The notes under the pieces: model-generated
What the model was told of the DNA's origin: nothing
The model's database searches: none
Seen by the model: the letters and a program-made list of their open reading frames with translations, nothing else
In this document: in pieces, positions 42,165 through 50,697 of the stretch
How positions within the stretch are numbered: the stretch's first letter is position 1
Layout: every line of letters begins with the position of its first letter
Program-made: the position numbers and the translations under genes
NCBI GenBank assembly: GCA_019828565.1
Contig: JAHDYR010000059.1
Coordinates: 1-50,697, forward strand
Direction of reading: 5' to 3'
DNA: 50,697 nt
Origin: Carpediemonas membranifera BICM
Lineage: Eukaryota > Protista > Fornicata

Positions 42165-42186
42165 ATACTAGTATTCCCCTTTCATC

Positions 42187-45100
42187 ATGACATTTAAGAA
42201 CAAAGAAAAAGCGGTTCCCCCGCTATTCCGCGACCCTTCAATGAAGGCGTTGCTTGATTTTTACCTTCACCTCCAAACGTACCGTTCCCTCGGCGGTAAG
42301 GCCGATATCTCCGAACTCGTCGATCCATCTATCGCTGACTATGTCTCGCAATGCATCGACGAGGCCGGTAACTCCGAAGACGATGATTACGTACCGTTAC
42401 TGATGGCAACTACCGAGCGCCGCCGTCAAAAGCGCAACTTCAGCGATCTACGAATCCTCAAGCGCCTAGGCAGCGTACTGCGTCCCAGCAGATCCACCGC
42501 TCAGCTCGATCTTTTCCGTCTACGCGCCAAGACCTTCGACCCCGTCGAGGTCAATAACGTCAATCGGAAGTTCAAGGCGCTCCAGCTGTTAGTCAATCCA
42601 GATGTACCTGAGGATGTGCTCAAAGAGACGTACTGCAGATGCTTCCGCGTGCAAGGATCCAACACGATCATGTACAAGGTCAAGGAGCTCGCAGAAGGCC
42701 TCGACATCCCCTCGATCATGCCGAAAGTCATGGCAATGTCACGCGACCTACAGGAGTCGCAAGAGATGGTGAACTCCTTCTCCCCCGCTGCTGCCCGTCC
42801 CAGAGCTCCACATGTTCACGAGCGCGAGCCACGCAGTGACCACCAAGATCCCTCGGAGCGCCACGACCGCCAAGGTTCGAAGCCCATAGTGAAGCCCAAC
42901 CGTCAGAACAAGCCCAAGAAGCAGTACGTGTGCTACAACTGCGGTAAGCCCGGGCATCCGTCTTTCAAGTGCGCTGAGCCGAAGGCATTCTGCCCTAAGT
43001 GCCACAAGTCAGGACACCTGGCCGATTACTGCCCTACCAAGAAGGGAGTAAATCAGCGTCGGTGTGTTCATTCTGTTTCGGATTCAAAATTCGTCGCGGC
43101 CCTGAATGCCCCGAAGGAGATTTCCCCAGGTGACCTCCCTGTAGTGAACGCTCGTCTCGGCAAGCGCAAAGCCAATTCTTTACTCGACTCTGGTGCCAAC
43201 TGTTCCACCATAAGCCCCAGACTAGTCGACGAGAAACGCTGCAAATGGATCTCGAGAGAACCCACGCAAATCCACACCGTCGGAGATACCCGTCAAGCAG
43301 AAGGCGAGGTAGAAGTAACCCTCAAGCTGGATCCATCTCCGTTCACTCCTCATGGTTGTACACTCACTCTCCGCGCCTACGTGATAGACACTGCGTTCGA
43401 CATCATCATCGGATTTCCTCAGATGGTAAGTCTCGGACTCTTGCCAAGCGCCATTCCCAGCTCCTCCGACCCGACTGAGGACTCTAGTGAGACCCCACCG
43501 GCCACGAAATACATCGCACAAGCCATGTCCGAGCTGTCCCAAGAGGCACGCGACCGACAGTCGTCTATACTTCGACGATACGCCTCCAACTTCAAAGAGC
43601 GTGATGCGCCTAGCCTACTAGACCCCTACGACCTGGTGATCAAGGGAAACAAGGTCGTGAACGTCCGTCCATACTTCGTGCCTCCTCCTAAGGTCCCCAT
43701 CGTTAAGGAGCACGTTGACACCTTGCTTGCAAAAGGCTTCATAGAGGCCTGTCAGTCTGAGTATTCTAGCCCGACGATCGTTGTCCCCAAGAAGGGTGAG
43801 AAGACGCGGTTCGTGGTCGATTTCCGGGAAATTAACTCCTTGACCGAGCCGTTTGACTATCCGATTCCTCGCATTGACGAGATCTTGGCACAATTGAGTC
43901 GCAAGAGGATCTTCGCCACTCTTGACCTTGCCGCAGGTTACCACCAAATCGCGCTAACCGAGCGTTGTCGCCACCTAACGGCCTTCCGAACTGTCTTCGG
44001 ACAGTATCAGTACACTCGCGTGCCGTTTGGCCTGCGGAACGCTGGGGCTTATTTCCAGCGCGCGATGGAGACTGCGTTCGAGGGTCTGGTCGGATCTTCC
44101 TGCATTATCTATATTGATGACATTATTGTAATGGGAGACTCTGAGGCAGAGTATCTGGATAACCTAGAGCGAGTGATGGCCCGAGTCGAAAAGATGAGAC
44201 TCCACCTGGGTCGGGATAAGTGCCAGTTCGGCTGTGCCGAAGTTGAATTCTTGGGGTGGATCATCCACAATGGTACGGTTCGCATTTCGCCTCAGCGTGT
44301 TGAAGATATAGCACAGTTGAAAGTCCCGAAGTCCACAAGAGGGTTCCAGGCCCTTCACGGGTTCCTGAACTACTTCCGCGATCATATCCCTTTCTTCGCC
44401 GAGCGAGTCAAGCCTATAACGGATGCAATGTCCGGTAAGACGAGTTCTACAAGCGCTGACGTCTCCAAAGCACTAGAAGACGCGAAAGCCGCCCTCTGCT
44501 CCGCGGATGCACTCGCGATCTTCGACGCCACGCGTCCACACGTTGTTATGACTGACGCTTCTGCCGTGGGATACGGAGCGGTTCTCCTCCAAGACGGCAA
44601 GCCCGTCTGCTATCTATCGAAGGCATTTAATGATGTACAGTCGCGGTGGAGTGTTGGTGAAAAAGAGGCGTACGCCATTGTGTCCGCGCTCCAGGCCTGG
44701 CGCAAGTTCTTGTGCTGGGAGCGCTTCGAGATCAAGACCGACCACCGTAACTTGCTCTATATGTATAAGTCGGTCAACGCTAAGGTCAGGCGCTGGGCCG
44801 ATTCTATCGCCGATCTCGATTTCACTATCTCCCACGTTCCCGGTCTCGATAACGGTGCCGCTGACGGTTTGTCTAGGGTGTTTGCCATGGCCAAGAAGAC
44901 AGCAACGACCGAACAGATTCACCAAGCTCACTTGTTCGCCGACGTCCACCTGTCGAGACGTCTTACGATCGAGCGCCTCCGTGGCCAAGGACTGTCAGTC
45001 TCACGCGATGCAGTTGATAGGGTCGTATCCGACTGTCCGATCTGCCAAGTCCTCGATCGGCCGCCGGTCGACCAACCCGACGGTCTCCACACAGCTGTTG

Positions 45101-46185
45101 ACACCCCACTACAACGCGTGGCAATCGACACGATGGGTCCTTTGCCGTCCTGTGACGGGTACTCGTATATTACCGTCATGGTAGATATGTGCTCTCGCTG
45201 GACTGAATTAGTCCCTGCCAAGAGCAACTCCGGAAAAGAAGCAGCCGAGGCCTTTATCAATACCTGGGTCCTAAGATATGGAGCGCCGCAAGTACTCCAG
45301 TCAGACGGCGGATCTGAGTTTCACAATGGCCTATTCCGACGACTATCGCAAGAGGTGGGGTTCCAGCAGCATATCACCACCGCGTACCATCCTCAGGCCA
45401 ATGGGATGGTGGAAAGAGCGAACCAACAAGTCGAGAGGATCCTTAAGGCCCGTAAGTTCCAGTTAAGAAACCCCAACTGGCTCACACACCTGCCAGTCGC
45501 AAGATTCATTGCCAATTCGACGCCGAGAATCCCTACGAGGCTGTCCCCGGCCGAGATCATGCTGGGAGCCAACATCACTATCCCATCGACGCTTTATACC
45601 ACGGACGCTTCCTCCGCAGGCATCACCCAGTCCCACCGTAAGGCCGCCGAGGCTGCGGTACAGCTGGCTAAGTCCAGGATCTCAACTATGCGTGAAGAGG
45701 CGCTCGCCAGAGCGTCCTCTACCCGCTCAGAGATCCTCAGTCGCTACGTGCTCGTCAAGTACGCCAAAAGACCCCCAGATAAGCTGTCGCCGGGGTGGCG
45801 TGGCCCAATGCGAAGAGTCGAGTCAGTCAAGCGCGACGGTGTCACCGTGGGCTACATTGTACAGGACCTGTCGCAGCCGAGAGACGGCCCGTCGATCAAG
45901 GTCGACGCTGCCAGAGTCCGACGGTTCAACCCTGGCACCTTGTCCGACACTCAGATCAAGGAGCTTGCCGCAGCCGCTACCGAGGAGTGGTACGTCGATC
46001 GGATCAGCCGCTCAGAGGGTCCCGACGGTAGCAAGAGATGTCCGATGTCCAGACGCCGCTATCTGGTGCACTGGACAGGCTTCGAGGACTCTGAAGCCAC
46101 CCTGCAGGATTACAGCTTCGTCAAAGACTTGGCCGCGCTCACTGAGTACCTAGAGTCAGAGCAAGCCAAGATCGACGGTCTGTAA
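42187..46185 (+). CDS. Gag-Pol polyprotein of chromovirus 2 (1332 aa)
   Basis: Two CCHC knuckles, LDSGA protease, YIDD RT, TDAS RNase H, HHCC/DDE integrase, GPM, chromodomain WYVDRI..YLVHWTGF. Confidence 0.96.
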   Translation: MTFKNKEKAVPPLFRDPSMKALLDFYLHLQTYRSLGGKADISELVDPSIADYVSQCIDEAGNSEDDDYVPLLMATTERRRQKRNFSDLRILKRLGSVLRPSRSTAQLDLFRLRAKTFDPVEVNNVNRKFKALQLLVNPDVPEDVLKETYCRCFRVQGSNTIMYKVKELAEGLDIPSIMPKVMAMSRDLQESQEMVNSFSPAAARPRAPHVHEREPRSDHQDPSERHDRQGSKPIVKPNRQNKPKKQYVCYNCGKPGHPSFKCAEPKAFCPKCHKSGHLADYCPTKKGVNQRRCVHSVSDSKFVAALNAPKEISPGDLPVVNARLGKRKANSLLDSGANCSTISPRLVDEKRCKWISREPTQIHTVGDTRQAEGEVEVTLKLDPSPFTPHGCTLTLRAYVIDTAFDIIIGFPQMVSLGLLPSAIPSSSDPTEDSSETPPATKYIAQAMSELSQEARDRQSSILRRYASNFKERDAPSLLDPYDLVIKGNKVVNVRPYFVPPPKVPIVKEHVDTLLAKGFIEACQSEYSSPTIVVPKKGEKTRFVVDFREINSLTEPFDYPIPRIDEILAQLSRKRIFATLDLAAGYHQIALTERCRHLTAFRTVFGQYQYTRVPFGLRNAGAYFQRAMETAFEGLVGSSCIIYIDDIIVMGDSEAEYLDNLERVMARVEKMRLHLGRDKCQFGCAEVEFLGWIIHNGTVRISPQRVEDIAQLKVPKSTRGFQALHGFLNYFRDHIPFFAERVKPITDAMSGKTSSTSADVSKALEDAKAALCSADALAIFDATRPHVVMTDASAVGYGAVLLQDGKPVCYLSKAFNDVQSRWSVGEKEAYAIVSALQAWRKFLCWERFEIKTDHRNLLYMYKSVNAKVRRWADSIADLDFTISHVPGLDNGAADGLSRVFAMAKKTATTEQIHQAHLFADVHLSRRLTIERLRGQGLSVSRDAVDRVVSDCPICQVLDRPPVDQPDGLHTAVDTPLQRVAIDTMGPLPSCDGYSYITVMVDMCSRWTELVPAKSNSGKEAAEAFINTWVLRYGAPQVLQSDGGSEFHNGLFRRLSQEVGFQQHITTAYHPQANGMVERANQQVERILKARKFQLRNPNWLTHLPVARFIANSTPRIPTRLSPAEIMLGANITIPSTLYTTDASSAGITQSHRKAAEAAVQLAKSRISTMREEALARASSTRSEILSRYVLVKYAKRPPDKLSPGWRGPMRRVESVKRDGVTVGYIVQDLSQPRDGPSIKVDAARVRRFNPGTLSDTQIKELAAAATEEWYVDRISRSEGPDGSKRCPMSRRRYLVHWTGFEDSEATLQDYSFVKDLAALTEYLESEQAKIDGL

Positions 46186-47208
46186 ATCATGCTCTGCTTG
46201 ATTTGCGCATTTTCGTTAGCCACAACCTCTAGAAAACAGCATATGATGTTGTTAATTGATGCTTTGCATACTGAATGGCGAGAGGAGCGCATACTGGAGA
46301 CCAACGTCATCGCTTCCAGCGAGATAGTACACTGTCTTCCGTCGTAAGACAACAAGCAGTCTTCTTAATGTTAACGCACAAGGTTCTACAGCCTTTTACA
46401 CCGTGAAGAGAACTATACGCATCGTTTGTCGACGTCAAATGGATTGACGGCGACCCAAAAATGCGTCGACGGTGTGGCGGAGTAAGCAACCACGATGACC
46501 AGAATTGAACCTCCATCGCGAGGTCACTGGCCGAGATGACACCCTTTGGCGCACGTAGCTGGCGTCTATTAGGACCGAAAAGACGACCGGTGCGTGCACA
46601 CCCATGTTTCGGGCAAGTCAGTACTACTGAAGGAATCGTTACCGTGTAACGCCTCAATCCATCACATTTGATGTCCAAATGGCGCGATTGATGTTGTTAT
46701 TTGCATTAAGAGCTTACTCGTGGCGATCGTGTAGTTCTAGGGAGCTCCGAAAGAAGAAAGCACGAGAACTCGCCAACAAAGCCCTACTGAGGCTATTGGA
46801 GGTCTTTTTTGGACTCTATGTAAGAATAGGCGCAATCAGCGCGAGGACTTGTCCATTCCTGAGATCCGAACTCGTTATGTGCCCAAAAGTGCACATTGAA
46901 ATGTTTGCGTTCTTTACGGCCGAGGTATGGCCGTGGAGGCAGGGAGACCTGCAGTCCCCATTCCCATAACATAGCATGCTCACACAGCGGTACCGCGACA
47001 ATTTCGAATATTTTCGAATCTTCAGATTCGTTTTGATATCCTTACCGATTATGGCCTTCTGGGTCCTGCCAAGTCCTAGGAGTGGTCCAGCCGTTGGGGT
47101 GGCACCCAACAGGGCTGTATCCAATCGACCAACATCGGGAAATCCTCACCACTCGCCTGTGGCCGTGAAGGTGACACCTTGAGGTCATGTCAGCCTATAG
47201 GCTGGCAT

Positions 47209-47218
47209 GGAGGGGCAG
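47209..47218 (+). promoter_or_regulatory. Polypurine tract of chromovirus 2
   Basis: GGAGGGGCAG directly before the 3' LTR. Confidence 0.75.
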
Positions 47219-47342
47219 TGTCAGGGTCCTACCCATTGTTTACATAGTTGATATATTTATTATTGCCATATTTACCACAGCAGGGTCAAACCCTCTCTTC
47301 TTTGCTTTTACTAAAAGTTCTTCTAAGTCTTGACAGACCACA
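47219..47342 (+). repeat. 3' LTR of chromovirus 2
   Basis: Identical to 42041-42164. Confidence 0.95.
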
Positions 47343-47898
47343 GAAGTACGCGAGGGGTTTCTTCGTGTCGCCCTCGTGTTGCCACCATGCTGCGTTTTCC
47401 GGTACTCTAACCGGGACTTAAAGTCCCAGAATCAAGTCCCGGAATCCTTGATTGATTTTGATCGGTGTCGTCGGATCATCCCCAAAGTGGGTGACAGTCT
47501 TCTACTAGCCTAGTTCTACCTCTGGACACATTATTAGCGCATGTCGATGTCACAAAAAATATTTATGATCGTTTTCCGTATCGTCAGTGCAGGATAAGGT
47601 CGCATGACTTGGCCAAAGTCGCTCTTCAGAACTCGATCGTCTGACACATACAAACGCTAAAAGTGGTTGGCAAAGATGCATTAGACCTTGTATATGACGT
47701 GTATAGACAAAATTTCGGGTGTTGCACTGTCACCTCTGAGGGGTATCCTCTCAAAAAGTGTTGAAACTCCTACTGTAACATCCCCTTGCTGTCCTAGCAA
47801 CGGAATAGTACTTTATTTACTTCAACTTTATCCCATTCGATAAAGAAAAGTCAAATTGTGTGAGCAATCTTCAACCTTAAAGTGCACATACAGGCATC

Positions 47899-48123
47899 AT
47901 GGAAAAGACCCAAAAACGAGAAATCCTGATTGCAATTGCAAAAGAAGTATTCTACTTTCAACGCGATTGTGCTCAAGCCATGCCTGTTGCGGTTTCAGAG
48001 GTGTGCTGGGCTATTCTGCCAGATGATATCCGAGCTCTCTACAAGAAGAAGCAAGCGATGGCTTGTTCTCTTCGTCATGCCCTTATCCACGCTCTGGATG
48101 GACTTACATGGAACCGAAGTTGA
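47899..48123 (+). CDS. Small hypothetical protein (74 aa)
   Basis: ATG ORF with helical, protein-like composition in AT-rich context, followed by AATAAA at ~48174; no family recognised. Confidence 0.3.
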   Translation: MEKTQKREILIAIAKEVFYFQRDCAQAMPVAVSEVCWAILPDDIRALYKKKQAMACSLRHALIHALDGLTWNRS

Positions 48124-48235
48124 AAGCGCCGGAAGAACCCGGTTCAGCCCCTCAGGCTGTTAAGATGAACCGAAATAAACATCTTACCCCCCCTTTGGAT
48201 TAGGAACACTGTTAGTTAAATATGGCGTAAAAGTT

Positions 48236-48317
48236 TGTGCGAAGTGGGATTCGAACCCACGCCCCCGAAGAGACTGGTGCCTTAAACCAGCGCCTTAGAC
48301 CACTCGGCCATCCGCAC
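48236..48317 (-). tRNA. tRNA-Leu(AAG), eukaryotic type, no encoded CCA
   Basis: Acceptor GTGCGGA/TTCGCAC, D arm TGGCCGAGTGGTCTAAGGC, anticodon arm CTGGT-TTAAGGC-ACCAG, long variable arm, GGTTCGAATCC; TTTT Pol III terminator at 48229-48232. Confidence 0.96.
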
Positions 48318-48520
48318 TGCGTACCGTCGTAGACGTAGACATAGTGCGCCTTGGGGCGCGGTCCACAAGGGTCCGAGTGGGGTGCCGATCACCCGGACCC
48401 AAACCCAAAAGATTCGGGAGAATCTTCTAGATTCGTGGAAAATATTCGGCTGGTGACCTGGGACGTTTAAGCCAATTTAACCAAGGGGGAAAACCTCCCC
48501 TGTTCGGCACATCCCTGGAA

Positions 48521-49060
48521 ATGGCTGACGACGAGCAAGACGCAGCCAGTAAGCTCCTCCAACTCGAGGAGCTCGTCAAGACTCAGGCTGAGACAATTGC
48601 AAGCCTTGTTGAGTCTGTTGAGGACGTTCGGACCAATGCCGAGGACACTCGAAAGCCTTCTAAGATCCCGGCCGTCACAAAGGAATTCTCGCACCTGCGT
48701 GCTATTCACGCCGAGATCAAGACCGTTCTTGCTGACCCCGCAACCACGTCTATTGAGACCATAGCAACCAAAGTGAACATCATTATCGAGCGCCGCCTTG
48801 AGTTCCTCCGTGTCCTCGACGACGCCGGGGAGGACGCCGCACGCTACTTCCAAGTTACAGCTGCAACCGAGAACAACCCGCGAGAATTCATCAAGCTAGC
48901 CGCGAAAGCGAAGAAAGCCGCTCCGCCCCAGAGCTTCCGCCATCGCCAGCAGATCCGTAAGCCTTTCTCGCGCAACAGGTACTTCCAGCGCTCCCCACAG
49001 CGCCACTTCACAGCTTCGAACGCCTCGGGCAACCGCAATGCGGCCCCGGGGCAGCAATAA
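48521..49060 (+). CDS. DIRS-like element C gag-like ORF1
   Basis: Position before a DIRS-type RT; coiled-coil N-terminus; IERRLEFL..D...AARY resembles ORF1 of elements A and B. Confidence 0.7.
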   Translation: MADDEQDAASKLLQLEELVKTQAETIASLVESVEDVRTNAEDTRKPSKIPAVTKEFSHLRAIHAEIKTVLADPATTSIETIATKVNIIIERRLEFLRVLDDAGEDAARYFQVTAATENNPREFIKLAAKAKKAAPPQSFRHRQQIRKPFSRNRYFQRSPQRHFTASNASGNRNAAPGQQ

Positions 49061-49126
49061 GCGGCCAAGAAGAGGTTATGCCCACCTCGAAGACAATAAA
49101 AGGCACTATCTACGTTTACGAGCACT

Positions 49127-50697
49127 ATGAGACGAGAAGAAGCAAGAAAGCAAGTACAAGAGCAAGAGACATCAACAGACAAGCAACCGATCAAAGCTGC
49201 GCAGTCACGCAAGTCGTACGACGCTCCGCCCGACTCTTGCCCGGTGTCCCGGGCACAGGTGGTGGGCTCGATGAGCCGCGCCTGGAGGGAGTGGGAGGCC
49301 TTGGGGGCCAGCAAGGAGGTCGTGAGCACACTGAGAGACGGGGTGAAGGTAGCCCCGGCAACGCCCAGCGCCCCGAGAGCGAACGGGAGGGAAGGCCCAA
49401 TAAGCGAGATGCTGAAGGAGCTAGTGAACATTCAAGCTTTAGAGGTAGCAACGGCGAGCAACATATCCCCGGTCTTCCTGATTCCGAAGAAACCATCGGA
49501 TTGGAGACTCATACACGACCTCCGGCCGGTCAACTTTTTCCAACAGGTCCGCAAGTTTCGGTTGAAGGGGTTGATGGAGGTGGCGGCCAATCTGGCACAG
49601 GGGGCATGGTTGACGAGCGTCGACCTGAAGTCCGGCTACTACCAGGTGCTCATGGCGGAGGAGGCCAAGGAGTACCTGGGGATTACCCACGAAGGAACAA
49701 CATATCGGTGGAGAGCCCTGCCCTTCGGCCTCAACACAGCACCAGAGGCATTCCAGAGGGTCACCGCCCAGGCGGCAAAGATTATTCGAAGAGAGTTTGG
49801 CGTGCAGGTGTTCGTATACCTAGACGACCTGCTGTTCGCAGACCACTCACGCGCATCACTCGCGGAGAAGATGCCAGGCATACTCGCGCTGATGAGAAGA
49901 CTCGGCATGGTAATCTCGCAGGAGAAGTCTGTTGCTGTGCCAACGCAGGAGCTCGAGTACCTCGGGGTGGTGATCAACTCAGCAGAGGGATGCATGTACC
50001 TGACAGAGAGAAAGGCCACAGACATGATCAGCTTGATCGACAGACTGCAGAAGGAGAGACGGTTCCTAGTCAAGGACCTCCAAGCCCTCATCGGGAAGCT
50101 GCTGTTCGCACGGTTCGCCGTGGGAGCTCGGGCCCTGCCCAGGCTACGCGAGCTTCAATGTGCGGCGGCCTCACTCGCAGGAAAGTTACGGGGCACGAAG
50201 AAGGACATCCCATAGGAAGCGAGGACAGACCTGCGGTGGTGGGCGAGAACACTGAGGAGAGACCCGCACTGGTGCTTTCTCACGAACGGGAGAGAGATTC
50301 GGATCGAGACGGACGCGAGCGACCATGCTTACGGTGGCGCCATCTGGACAGAGTTCGGGACCGACTCGTTTCAGGACACGTTCGACCAGACATTCGTAGG
50401 CAAGTCAATCAACTGCAAGGAGGCGAAGGCCATGGACATAGCGCTGCGCCGCTGGGAGCGGAGGATAGCCGGCAGGGACGTCTTATTAGTCGGCGACAAC
50501 ACGTCAGCACTGGCCTGGATCGGGAAGAGCAGTACAAAGGCACCGGCCCACATGCGACGAGAGGTGAAGGAGCTCCACGACCTCTTACACGCGATCGGGG
50601 CGAGGGTGCGAACAAAGCACGTCCCGGGTCTGCTCAACACCACAGCGGACGACCTCTCGAGATTCAAGAAGCTCGACTGGGCGATGCCGGCATCACT
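49127..50697 (+). pseudogene. DIRS-like element C RT-RNase H, one in-frame TAG at 50213-50215, runs off the window
   Basis: SPVFLIPKK, WRLIHDLR, DLKSGYYQ, LPFG, YLDD; the same frame continues DLRWW, TDAS, INCKE, GDN, HVPG..ADDLSR. Confidence 0.9.

Larger units (their letters stand above)
42041..47342 (+). mobile_element. Ty3/gypsy chromovirus 2, intact (5302 bp), 124-bp identical LTRs, TSD GAAG
   Basis: LTRs 42041-42164 and 47219-47342; GAAG at 42037-40 and 47343-46; single uninterrupted ORF. Confidence 0.96.

Noticed and set aside
42041-42186. Tf1-type self-priming
   Set aside because: No segment of either LTR is complementary to the sequence following it.
50213-50215. Stop-codon reassignment or readthrough
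   Set aside because: A single TAG; other long ORFs have no internal TAA/TAG and many end in them, so a point mutation is simpler.

Overview
Eukaryotic (protist-like) repeat-dense region made almost entirely of nested mobile elements; the only clear host gene is tRNA-Leu(AAG). Terminal repeats and target-site duplications (TSDs) give the nesting order. (i) A DIRS-like tyrosine-recombinase retroelement (A: ~2467-4407 + 32467-33400) is split by an ~11.3-kb minus-strand APE-RT non-LTR retrotransposon (4408-32451, 15-bp TSD). This LINE carries extra ORFs, including a Maelstrom/arenavirus-NP-like DEDDh nuclease. (ii) The LINE is interrupted by a chromovirus with 61-bp LTRs (5040-9623, 4-bp TSD). 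It is also interrupted by a 12.1-kb DNA transposon (18070-30199, perfect 48-bp TIRs, CG TSD) encoding a Transib/RAG1/Chapaev-like transposase plus chromatin/protein-modifying cargo: PHD fingers, caspase/CHAT-like protease, SET methyltransferase, OTU protease, GNAT acetyltransferase and an H3-tail-like basic protein. Three of these cargo genes have 32-37-nt introns. (iii) Further right lie a second DIRS-like element (B), a CRE-like non-LTR element cut by a chromovirus (57-bp LTR) that is itself cut by an intact chromovirus (124-bp LTRs, 4-bp TSD), the tRNA, and a third DIRS-like element (C) running off the edge. Both chromoviruses with a visible 5' LTR have a palindrome where a tRNA primer-binding site is expected. 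All protein calls are motif recognition by eye, with no database searches. Many frameshifts are single extra bases in homopolymers and may be assembly errors.
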